A DNA stretch of 64,000 nt from contig CAVRJO010000002.1 in assembly GCA_963722255.1 (NCBI GenBank), forward strand, positions 64,001-128,000, given 5' to 3'. Shown piece after piece: positions 10,148 through 20,300 of this stretch. The notes beneath the pieces were generated by a model that saw only the letters and a program-made list of their open reading frames with translations, ran no database searches and was not told the DNA's origin. The number at the start of each line of letters is the position of its first letter. Within the stretch, counting starts at the first letter, position 1. Origin of the DNA: Candidatus Babeliales bacterium (GTDB lineage: Bacteria > Babelota > Babeliae > Babelales > JANWKD01). The position numbers and the translations under genes are program-made.

Positions 10148-13100
10148 TTATTTAAGTTCTTCTGCCCAATTTTGTAAATAGTTACTATATTTTTTGCATA
10201 TTTCTACTTTTTGAGCAATAGTTTTTATTAATGCTTCATGGACCAATGTTGATAAACGCTCTATTAAGTCTTGTGCGATAAATTCCAACGAAGAGCCTTG
10301 CGCAAATTCTGCACCCTCTTTAATTCTAGAAATGCCTTTATAGAGACTGTCTGCTTGTGTCAATTTAAAGTTAATAAGCTCGAATGTTGCTACTGTCGAT
10401 TCTTGCAATGACAAATTTGTTTGTGGTACGAATGACTCAAATAATGAAATATATAAGGTAAAACTTGCAACAAGAGCATTAAATTCTTGGACAACCTTTT
10501 GATAAAGTTGTGATAGTTCCTGAATATGCTCATTATCGTATGATTGTGCTTCTAAAGTAACAATCTTGCTCAAATATGAATCTTCTTGTGGACCAAAAAA
10601 TTTCGTTTGTAAGAGTTTTTTTATCGCATCACTAAATTCAATATAAGGCTTAAAGAAATTTGCATATCTACTTTCTTCAAGGGAAAGTAACAATTCACTT
10701 TGTTGAGTTTTTATAAAATCTTTAATGCGCTCAATATCTTCTAATTCTTCACGAGTATCTGCTTGCACTACCTGAGGAACTAGTTGTGCTACGCTCGTGC
10801 ATTCTGCCTGTATAATATCTTCATTTTGAACAGTGGTACCTGATGCAAGTATAGATTCATCAACCTCAGAACGAGCTTTTTGGCTTGCTTCAAAAATGTC
10901 TTGCTGGAAATTGGCATTTTCTTTTGATTTTTCATTGCTAATTTTATGGGCAAACCATTCAATCAGATTACCTAAAGTATACACAGCCTTTCCCGGAATT
11001 TGCCGGACTGCCACTAGAGCACCTGGTGACCAGAGCAAAGTCTCTAAATATAAAGCGACATCTTTTGTATAGGGTAGAGTATCAAACCTCAAAAACGAAA
11101 TTAAATAACTAAAATAATTAGTTTTTGCAATAGTATCTCCATATTCTTTTAAAATCTCTACAATTGGCGAGTTAGCTTTTTGCGATTCCAACAAAACGCT
11201 ACCCCATTCTTGTAAAGAATGCGCATTCTTTAATAAATAGTCAGATGAACATTGTAGATATTCTTGCATATAGTTTTTAAGTTCGCTCTGCGTAATGCTT
11301 GTAAAGAAAGAAGGAGGTAGCTCAACTTTTCTCCCTGCAAATAATGAATGTAACATAGACTTTTTTGGCGTTGTCCTTGTACACGCATCCTCTGTCTTTT
11401 TTAACGCTCGTGTATAAATCTGTATACTTTCTTCGATAAACACTAATAAATCTCTATACAATTTTTTAAGATTATATAGTTCAAATGTTGCTTTAATCTC
11501 TTTAAGCTGTTCGATAACCTCCTCTAGTTCTTTCTTATCAACACGCTCAGTTATTCCAACCTTGTTTAATATCGTACTTATATAATCCGTTAAAATACGC
11601 CCTTGATCTTGTGGTAATTTACCTTCTAAATGCAATCTACTGCCCAAAGCAGTAGTACCAAACGGTTTTGGCGCTATCTGTGCAAGCTGCTTAATACGTT
11701 CATCAATACTATGCTCAAGGTATATATTTTTATTTTTTTGTTCTTTTACAAAAAATGCAAGCAATGCTAACTGTTCTTTTTGCTTTTTATGATTCTCTAT
11801 AGTTCTAATTCGTGCAAACTCTTCTTGCAATAAAAAATCTTTTTCCGTATCAGAAGTTGCAACTTTTAATCTCAACCACAGAAAATATGGTTTTGATTGC
11901 ACGGTAGGATCTTCTATCAATCTCTTTTGTGCAAGAACTCTTCTAATAGATTGAACGAGATCGGAGCTCATCAGTGAATAATGTCTCATAAGATCAATGA
12001 TAGAAAGAATGGCGTAAAACTGTTTTTCAGGCGTTTGATATTTTTTAGCAAAATTAGAAAGCAGCAGATATGCTTTCAACGCAGATATTTTATCTTGTCT
12101 AATTTTTTTATACAAATGTAATTCACGATCAATACTATTATTTATAAGGGGCTTTGTTTGCACAAACTCCCTTATACCATCGATTCTTTGATTAATGGCT
12201 CTCTTTAGATTCTCTACAGCATTATAATCCAAATTCATTGTAGTTAATTCTTTATCATACACAAAATCAGAAAGTCCGAACCTTTCGGTGTATATAAAAT
12301 CGGCTAATTGTTCAAGCGCAAGCAACTGGATTGAATAATCAAAAAAACTAAGTTTGTTGCCGATTATAGTCGAAAAACCACCGCGCTCAATAGCATCAAA
12401 TTCAGCAACAAGAAGATTGAAAATTGCTTTTGTCGAGTCAAGTTTAATTATTGTATCTTTAACTGCTTTTTCATATTCAGAGAGCCCACGCATACCTGTG
12501 TATTTGAATAGCTTTTTATAGTGAGCAATCATTTCCTGCTTTTTTTTCAGAGACTGGCTTGACTCTTTTTCTTCAGATGGTTGTTCATAGTGTAGTTGAT
12601 CTAATGCATGTAAAACATCATTGCCAAGCTTCACTGTATTAGATACAATCTGCGTTGACGCTTTATTAATCAAAAACACCAGTTTTGTATATACATCTTG
12701 AACAAACGGTTCAAAAACTGATCCTGAAGCTGCTAGCGCACTTTGCTGAAAATCTTGCAATGCCTTTTGCAACGCTTTAATCTGTGCTTTTTTAAAATTC
12801 ATAAAATCAAAAGCAGCAATAAGCGCATCAGACAATGATAAAGATTCATCAGGAACAAAAATATCAAAAAAAGATGCATACAGAGTAAAACTAATTAAGA
12901 GCGTTGCAAGTTCATTACAAAATTCATCTAAAAGATTCTTAATATTTCTCACATTTTCAGCGCTTCTATTCTGTCTTTCTAACTCCTTTAATCTTTGTAC
13001 ATATGATTGAGGCTGATCTCCAAAAAACAGTGTGAATGAATTTTTAAGAGCATCACCAAATGAAAGGAAAGAAGAAAAGAATGATGCAAACTTTTTTTGT

Positions 13101-13870
13101 TCTGAAGGAGTTTCAAACTTTTTCTCTTGATCAATAATATACCTTTTTAATCGTTCTATGACTTCTTGCTTTAAAGACGGAGTGATAACCGGCAAATTAC
13201 GCAAAAATTCTTTTTTTTCTAGTGAGCTTGGCAATTCGGTCTTTTGTTCTGTTTTTTCAAAGCTTTCAGCTTCTTGTTCAACGGCTTTTTCCAATGATTT
13301 TTCATCTGCTACTTTACTAACAAGCCATAGGGTGACCGCTGCTGCTCCTTTAAAAGCTTTACCTGAAAAATACTTTGCTTGAAACAGGTACCCAGGAAGA
13401 CTTAATGCATTCTCCAAAATCTTAGCTATAACTGCAGAACAAGGAAAAAGATCAAAACGCAAAAATAAAGTGGCTCCTTTAATCAAACGAGTTTTTAAAA
13501 GCTCATCAGTATATTCTGATAAATGCTGTAAGATCCGACTATCAAATCGTCGTGCATCTAATAAAATATCAGCCCACTCATCAATTTTCTCTGCCCGCTT
13601 AATAATATACGTTGGTGAATGCGTAATGGATGAAACTATAAAATGAATTGTATCTTCAAAAGGCAATTTTTTTATTTCTAATTGCTCTGCTTGATCAAGT
13701 TTCTTACCACTCATAAGATCAAGTAACGCAGATTGCCCTTCAGAAGATATATGAATCTTTGATTCTGGAGTTCCATTCGTATTGCAAAAAAGAGTTGTAT
13801 TCAAAAGGCTTAATGCTAAACATGATATCGAACAAACCGTAAAAATCTTGTTCGCAAGGATCTTGTTCAT
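10148..13870 (-). CDS. Large helical hypothetical protein (1240 aa) with a duplicated ~330-aa domain
   Basis: Long ORF, GAGGGG RBS, signal-peptide-like N-terminus; FLRFD, SFTLY.S.F..FVP and NFK..Q motifs each occur twice. Confidence 0.85.
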   Translation of the reverse strand: MNKILANKIFTVCSISCLALSLLNTTLFCNTNGTPESKIHISSEGQSALLDLMSGKKLDQAEQLEIKKLPFEDTIHFIVSSITHSPTYIIKRAEKIDEWADILLDARRFDSRILQHLSEYTDELLKTRLIKGATLFLRFDLFPCSAVIAKILENALSLPGYLFQAKYFSGKAFKGAAAVTLWLVSKVADEKSLEKAVEQEAESFEKTEQKTELPSSLEKKEFLRNLPVITPSLKQEVIERLKRYIIDQEKKFETPSEQKKFASFFSSFLSFGDALKNSFTLFFGDQPQSYVQRLKELERQNRSAENVRNIKNLLDEFCNELATLLISFTLYASFFDIFVPDESLSLSDALIAAFDFMNFKKAQIKALQKALQDFQQSALAASGSVFEPFVQDVYTKLVFLINKASTQIVSNTVKLGNDVLHALDQLHYEQPSEEKESSQSLKKKQEMIAHYKKLFKYTGMRGLSEYEKAVKDTIIKLDSTKAIFNLLVAEFDAIERGGFSTIIGNKLSFFDYSIQLLALEQLADFIYTERFGLSDFVYDKELTTMNLDYNAVENLKRAINQRIDGIREFVQTKPLINNSIDRELHLYKKIRQDKISALKAYLLLSNFAKKYQTPEKQFYAILSIIDLMRHYSLMSSDLVQSIRRVLAQKRLIEDPTVQSKPYFLWLRLKVATSDTEKDFLLQEEFARIRTIENHKKQKEQLALLAFFVKEQKNKNIYLEHSIDERIKQLAQIAPKPFGTTALGSRLHLEGKLPQDQGRILTDYISTILNKVGITERVDKKELEEVIEQLKEIKATFELYNLKKLYRDLLVFIEESIQIYTRALKKTEDACTRTTPKKSMLHSLFAGRKVELPPSFFTSITQSELKNYMQEYLQCSSDYLLKNAHSLQEWGSVLLESQKANSPIVEILKEYGDTIAKTNYFSYLISFLRFDTLPYTKDVALYLETLLWSPGALVAVRQIPGKAVYTLGNLIEWFAHKISNEKSKENANFQQDIFEASQKARSEVDESILASGTTVQNEDIIQAECTSVAQLVPQVVQADTREELEDIERIKDFIKTQQSELLLSLEESRYANFFKPYIEFSDAIKKLLQTKFFGPQEDSYLSKIVTLEAQSYDNEHIQELSQLYQKVVQEFNALVASFTLYISLFESFVPQTNLSLQESTVATFELINFKLTQADSLYKGISRIKEGAEFAQGSSLEFIAQDLIERLSTLVHEALIKTIAQKVEICKKYSNYLQNWAEELK

Positions 13871-14088
13871 AGTAAGCCCCTCAATTTCTATGAAAACTAT
13901 GTATCATCTTTTATAGCATAAACTAAAGGAACCGAGCCATGCAATATATTTGCAATTTGCATTTTCAAAAAAGAATCTTCTACTAATTCTCAACCATAAA
14001 TTGAATAAAATTTATTTTTACAGCACACTAACAGTAGATACCTATAACATATTGTGTACTAGACTAATATCTTAATGAAAGAAGTACA

Positions 14089-15201
14089 ATGACTATTAAA
14101 GCTGGTCTTGTTGGCCTTCCTAATGTGGGAAAATCAACACTTTTCAATGCATTAACTAAATCATCTGTTCCAGCAGAAAATTATCCTTTTTGCACCATTG
14201 ATCCACATATGGCAATTACAGAGGTTCCCGATGAAAGACTCGGACAGTTAAAAAAGCTTTTTAATAGTCAAAAAATTATTCCAGCAACCGTTTCTTTTGT
14301 TGATATTGCAGGTCTTGTTAAGGGGGCTGCTTCCGGTGAAGGGCTTGGCAATCAGTTTTTGAGCCATATTAGAGAAGTTGATCTTATTATACATGTTGTT
14401 CGTTGTTTTGAAGATGAAAATATAATTCATACCAGCGCTGATCTTGATCCGTTACAGGATTTTGAAATAATAAATGCTGAATTGATGCTCAAAGATATTG
14501 AATCAGTCACAAAACGAATAGAAAAAGTACATCATCTTTTAAAATCTGCAAAAAGTAAACCTGCAGAGTTCAAAGCGCTTTCTTTAGAGCTAGAACTCTT
14601 AACAGCACTCAATAATGCCCTAGATGCGGGCGATTCTCAAAAAGTACGAACTCTTATTGAGCAGGCAGCCATTCAAACAATTCCTTTATTAAGCTCTAAG
14701 AACTTTCTGATAGTTGCCAATATTCCTGAAACTGAAGTGGAAAATAATGGCTATGAAAAAAATGAAAAATTTCGTGCTTTAACCGCTAAATTTGGCAAAG
14801 AAAGAGTTATTGCCATTTCTGCTCGCCTTGAATATGAACTTTCTCAGCTGAGCAAAGAAGATGCTGAACAGATGATGGGACTCATGGGTCTTGAAAAAAG
14901 TGGCCTTGAAACCATTATTCAAAAAACGTATCACAATCTTGGCCTTATAACCTTTTTTACCTGTGGTCCTAAAGAAATACATGCTTGGCCAATTCCCAAA
15001 GGCAAAACAATTCGTCAAGCTGCAGGGGAAATACATTCCGATTTAGAACGTGGTTTTATATGCGCTGATATTTTTAACTATAAAGATCTTTTTGAGCTTG
15101 GCAGTGAAGCGAAAGTACGCACCAGCGGAAAAATGAGGACTGAAGGGCAAGATTATATTGTTCAAGATGGTGATATTATTAATGTTAAGTTTAACGTGTA
15201 A
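14089..15201 (+). CDS. ychF: Redox-regulated ATPase YchF
   Basis: GLVGLPNVGKST, NYPFCTIDP, DIAGLVKGA, AAGEIHSD, YIVQDGD. Confidence 0.97.
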   Translation: MTIKAGLVGLPNVGKSTLFNALTKSSVPAENYPFCTIDPHMAITEVPDERLGQLKKLFNSQKIIPATVSFVDIAGLVKGAASGEGLGNQFLSHIREVDLIIHVVRCFEDENIIHTSADLDPLQDFEIINAELMLKDIESVTKRIEKVHHLLKSAKSKPAEFKALSLELELLTALNNALDAGDSQKVRTLIEQAAIQTIPLLSSKNFLIVANIPETEVENNGYEKNEKFRALTAKFGKERVIAISARLEYELSQLSKEDAEQMMGLMGLEKSGLETIIQKTYHNLGLITFFTCGPKEIHAWPIPKGKTIRQAAGEIHSDLERGFICADIFNYKDLFELGSEAKVRTSGKMRTEGQDYIVQDGDIINVKFNV

Positions 15202-15802
15202 CAAGACTTAAAATACCATTACATCAGTCATTTTTTTTATTCTTATACACTATCAAATTTATTACATAATGTTTTAGTTAGGGGTTTTTTCATGAAAAAA
15301 TTATTTTTATTACTAGTAATTTTATTAAATTACAAAACTGTTTGTATTGATCCATATGATTATAAGAAGCATCAAGACAAAATAAAAGATTGCGAAAAGT
15401 TTATTTATCGAATGAGATTGCAAGCTCCTCAACTTTATCATTTAGCAAAAGAATGTAAGATAGAACATAATGTGAACTCCTGTAATGAAATACAAACCAC
15501 TAAAAAAACATTAAAAGAAGGAGTTAGAATTCACGGTCAAGTGCAATCCTTTCTTGTGTATGATATTATTTTTTTGCATGAGGCTTATAGTTTTAATAGA
15601 CAAGAATTGTATGAGCAAGATTTAGATCTATTAGAAAGATATAAACAATTGTTACCGGAAGAGTTGTATTCATTACTCTCTGATTTTGAAAAAGAGTCTG
15701 CATTGACACGCAATGAATGTGTTTTTAAACACAACACTCAAGCTTGCAAAAAATCATTCGATAGGAGCACGATTCAAAAAGAAGTTATGGAAAAATTAAC
15801 AG

Positions 15803-16435
15803 AGTTATAACGCCCCCGTAGACCGGGGGGCTTGACGGCTGTTAGCAGTCCCAAGGACTGCCAGATTTAACTTTGACTATATTTTAAAATTGACCTTCTT
15901 CATCAAAACCTTGGCTATCCAGCTGTTCTTGATTTTTCACGTAGGCTTTAACATTCTCCAATTCATGACCTACTGTTGAAACCGCATATCCCCTTGCCCA
16001 AAACTTCTCGCCATTAAAATTTTTTTGCCGACCGCCAAATTGTCGCGCAACTGCAATCGCACTTTTACCTTTTATATATCCAACTATCTCTGCTATTGAA
16101 TATTTCGGCGGAATACTTATCAGCATATGCACATGATCTTGTACCATGTGGCCTTCCAAAATCTTACTTTCCCTTTGTCCTGCCAATTCATGAAATACTG
16201 GTCCTAAGAATTTACGAATTTCTCCATAAAGTTTCTTTTTTCTATATTTTGGAACAAATACAATATGGTATTTGCAGTTAAATTTAGAATGGCTTAAACT
16301 TTTAAATGATGTTTCCATATATATTTTTTTTCGAGCCGTCACGCCCTAAAAAAATATATCATTGGAAACATTTTTTTTACACTTGAATCTAAAGGCCTAG
16401 CCTTGAAAGTCTCACTAGTCAAACTAGTGGTTTAC
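15803..16435 (-). mobile_element. IS200/IS605-family element, tnpA only, 633 bp
   Basis: Left end GTAAACC with hairpin CACTAGT-caa-ACTAGTG (16413-16429); right-end GC hairpin 15812-15831 ending TAACT; no target duplication, as expected for this family. Confidence 0.85.
15884..16318 (-). CDS. tnpA: IS200 Y1 (HUH) transposase
   Basis: CKYHIVFVPKYR, DHVHML (HUH), FWARGY and catalytic Tyr in YVKNQ. Confidence 0.95.
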   Translation of the reverse strand: METSFKSLSHSKFNCKYHIVFVPKYRKKKLYGEIRKFLGPVFHELAGQRESKILEGHMVQDHVHMLISIPPKYSIAEIVGYIKGKSAIAVARQFGGRQKNFNGEKFWARGYAVSTVGHELENVKAYVKNQEQLDSQGFDEEGQF

Positions 16436-16746
16436 CTATCTTTCAATTAAAGAAAAATGATCCTATTCTGTATAGCATAATCCTAGATTATTTTATTGAG
16501 TCATTGAGCTCAAAAATTGTTAACACTAAAACAAGATTTATGAATAGTCGCGAAGATTATATTAAATTGATTGAAAATTTAGATATTGAAGATGATGCTG
16601 AAAAAGCAAAATTTAAAAAATTTGCCGATAAACTAAAAAAAACGCGGAGCGATAGATTTGAATTTACTCTAAGTCACCGGGAAATTCGTCAAAAACTTAA
16701 AGAAGCAGAAACAACCAAAAATCCACAGGAATAATTCTAAATAAAC

Positions 16747-16772
16747 AAGGCGTGGTCTAAATGCCACGCCTT
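16747..16772. terminator. Terminator between convergent genes
   Basis: AAGGCGTGG-N8-CCACGCCTT. Confidence 0.65.
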
Positions 16773-16779
16773 CAAATTT

Positions 16780-17367
16780 TTAATATTTAATAATTTTTTC
16801 AGCACACATTTCAGCTGCCAAAGAAAGATACGACCAAATTTTGCTGTAATATTGTTCTTTATCAATTAATATCTCAGCAGAATTACCAATTTTTTCAGCG
16901 ATCATTTTTGGAATATTGTTTAAGTCATCTTTAGTAGTAAGCCCAGCAATATCAAGTACAAATTGGTCTACAGAATGTTCGCGTTCTATAAGGGCATAAC
17001 AATAATCTATAACGAATCGTGTATCAATAAACTTTCGATCTAATCCATAATAAATAACTTTCCATTGTTCAATAGTTTCAAGTTCTATTATTTTTTTTAT
17101 TAAACAATCTTTATTTTTCACAATTAAATTTTCGTCATCATATAAACGAAAGTCAGATTCTTTAATAAAATACCCTTTAAAATACTGATGTAATTTCTCT
17201 TTAAAACAATTAAAATGTGACCAAAAGGTTTGATTAGTTCCCATTTTATTAATTATGTCTTCATTCAAAGAAACATTAATCATGACAGGATCAGTTGTAT
17301 TTTCAATTATTTTTTGATTACAAAAACAACAACGGAATCCAAATTTTTCATCAAATTGTCCATCCAT
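16780..17367 (-). CDS. Putative immunity protein (Cys/His N-domain plus DUF2247-like C-domain)
   Basis: Start overlaps the toxin 3' end; CCFC...HFNC motif; 'WKVIYYGLDRKFID..VIDYC' resembles DUF2247. Confidence 0.6.
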   Translation of the reverse strand: MDGQFDEKFGFRCCFCNQKIIENTTDPVMINVSLNEDIINKMGTNQTFWSHFNCFKEKLHQYFKGYFIKESDFRLYDDENLIVKNKDCLIKKIIELETIEQWKVIYYGLDRKFIDTRFVIDYCYALIEREHSVDQFVLDIAGLTTKDDLNNIPKMIAEKIGNSAEILIDKEQYYSKIWSYLSLAAEMCAEKIIKY

Positions 17368-20300
17368 AATTTTCACCTAAGTTTTTAATTTTTTTCAAAG
17401 CAAGGTCTTTCATCGCACTGACAACTTCTTTGGCTTTTTCATTGATTATCATAATAGCATATTTTTCATTAAATTTCTTAATATATACATCTGCACCATC
17501 CCTTTGTACTCTTCTAAAATCAGGGTTTTGAACAAGCTCTTTTATAATATCTGGAGTAAAACCTCTTTCAATTAATCTTTGTAACCCATGTTCAGTAACA
17601 TTAATAATTTTTTTAATTTCATTAGCTTGATGTTCATAAAGCCCCTTAGCTTCTTCACTTTGGAGCTCGTTTTTTAATTTTTCAAATTTTTCTGGACAGC
17701 TTGGCGGACATTCTGCAATGTTATTTTGCACTGTTTCTTTGGCTGCCAGTCCTTTCTCAGCAATAACTTCAGCAACTGCGGCTTGAGAAAGGATTGCAGT
17801 TGAAACTCCAGGATTAACAACAAGAGGCTCAGAAACAGTTGTTGGCAATGCAGATTCTTTTGCAACTGCCCTAATCGCTTGTTCTGCTGTATTTTCTACA
17901 GCTGCAGGCAGCCTGCTTTCAGCAGCACCTTCAACAAGCGCAGCAAAATTGAAAGAAGTCGATGGTCTAGGATTGTCACATACCTCAACAGTTATTACTT
18001 GAGGCCTATAAGGAATATTTCTAAGTGTTCTGTGATATTTGGCAAAATTAAATGTTTTAAATGCCCCTGCAATTGAAAGATAATCCACAAAACCATCGAT
18101 GGCGATTTGAGCAAACAATTTTTGACGTTGATCTATTGATAGATTATTAAAATGATGGTGAATTCTTGTTAATTCTGTAATTGGCGTTTCACCGGATATC
18201 AATTCATGAGTGGTTTGAACTAATATTTTAACTGCGTTATCAATTTTTCTATATTTTTCAAGAAAAGGTAGATCAGATGATGCTAATGTGCCTATCTCGT
18301 CACATTTTTTGACAATTACTTGAACAGATCGAATCATAGTTGATGCTTGTCTCTTGGGAAATTCACATAATGCACCAAAAATAGCATCAAATCGCCTTTG
18401 TGAATACCCTAATGGATTGGAAACCGTATCAACAATTTCATTGCCAACTGCTTTTGCTAATGATATGGGATTTAGAAACTCAAATAAGTCTTTTATCTCT
18501 CGAGCAAGATCTGTATAGTTTCTTCTATTTAAATCATAAGCAGTTTTAAAAAGCTCTTGTTGCATTTCGCGAACATGAGGCGCAACTTCAATGCCAAGAT
18601 TAGAGGCATTTTCAATAGCTTTAGAAAGGGTTTTATGGAATTCCTCTTGTTCAGCACTTCCTTTAAAATCATTATATTCATTGGGATTAATACCGATCTG
18701 ATTAAGAAAATCATTGGTGCGGTTAGTTTTAATCAAATCCAACGAATCAAGAGAAGGCTCTGCTAGATTAATTGTAGGATCGTAGGCTTCCGGTTCAATA
18801 ACAGTTTCCGTATCAGCAAAAGTTAGATTATTAGTTTTGAACACATTTGGCTTTGAAGCAAATTCATTATCAGGACCTTTTAGGTTTTTTTCTTCCTTTT
18901 CATGTGCCCTTTTATGTTGTTCGCCTCTATTGCCTAATGATTTATTAAATGATTTATTAACAGATGTTTTCTTTTTGTCCTTGTATTTATCTTTATTTAC
19001 TTGCAGCATATTAGTAAATAAATTAACTACGGGATTAAGATATAAATATTTTAGCCTTTCAAATGCTGCTTTATCGCTATTAAGTTCATAACCAATGTGT
19101 TTAAATCGTTCCTGAATTTCTCGTTTTTTCTTTATTTTAGCGATTCTTGCTTTTTTAAGTTGCTTACGCTCTGATTTTAGTTTTTTTGCTTTTTTTTCTT
19201 CTTCTTCTTCATATGCTCTTTTATATCGTTCACTGATACTGTCTAACGATTTATTAACCTGTGCCTTCTTTTTGTCCTTGTATTTATCCTTGAGCAGTTG
19301 TAATCGATTTGTAAATATGTCAAAAAAAGTAATATTGTTATCAATATCAGCTTTTTTTTCCTTTTTGATATTTTTGTAATCATCAGAATAAAGTAACGCT
19401 TGATCTTCTTGAGAAATATATTCATGTTCTAAACTTCTACGCAGAGCAAGTTGTTCAGGATTTAAATCATCACGAATTCTTAATTGGTGCAAAATGGTTT
19501 GCTCATACTCGCTTTTAATGTGATTAAATCGTTCTTCTGTTTGATTAAAATCATTTCTGCCATAACTACTATCATTGACCGCATCATTTAATGCTTCTCT
19601 ATAATGCTCAGGAATTCTATCATCATTTAAAAAATCACCAATATTTTTACACACATTTGATACCCTAGCCGCTTCTTTAATTCTCTTTTCCTCTTCATAA
19701 TTGGGCCAATCCATATTGTCTAATCCCATATGCGATTCTGGCGTATCATCATTATCTCGAGCAGGAGCTAGCTTTCTGACATTCATCTGTTTTGATTGAT
19801 AAGATCTTTGCGTGCTAGTTGGAACTTGTTTTGGCACATTAGTTGAGGGCGAAGAACATATAGTTTCAAATTCACTTTCGTCAATTTCTATAGATTGCGT
19901 TGCCCTTGGAGATGATTCATTCCTTGAATTTGGCAATGAGGAATATTGCATTGTTTGATTGCCACCTGTATAAGGGCGAAGATTTTCGTAGATAGCAGCA
20001 CGAGATACATTACTCGGTACAGCCTTAATAACATTTGATTTTGGAGAATCATTATTGCTAGAATAGGTGCTAGGGCCGCTTAATGAGCCGCTATCACTTT
20101 TTTGTTCATTTATTTGTTTCTTTTCTAACGGTACAGGATTTTTTACAGGAGCAGGAACAGTCTTATTCTTATGATAAGCATCTCTTGCTCGTTTCCCCTG
20201 TCCCGCCTTTCTTTTATTATACTCTATTGCACTTTCTAAAGTTGCTACATCATAGCCAACTGTTCCTCCTGGCCCCGGAGGAAGATTTAAAGGATCTATA

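Larger units (their letters stand above)
15292..16734 (+). pseudogene. Secreted hypothetical protein (269 aa when rejoined) interrupted by IS200
   Basis: Joining 15802 to 16436 reads ...KLT-A-IFQLKKNDPILYS... in frame to TAA at 16734; the apparent stop at 15808-15810 lies inside the IS end. Confidence 0.8.

Noticed and set aside
15292..15810. 172-aa ORF and 16504-16734 ORF as independent genes
   Set aside because: They join in frame once the IS200 is removed.
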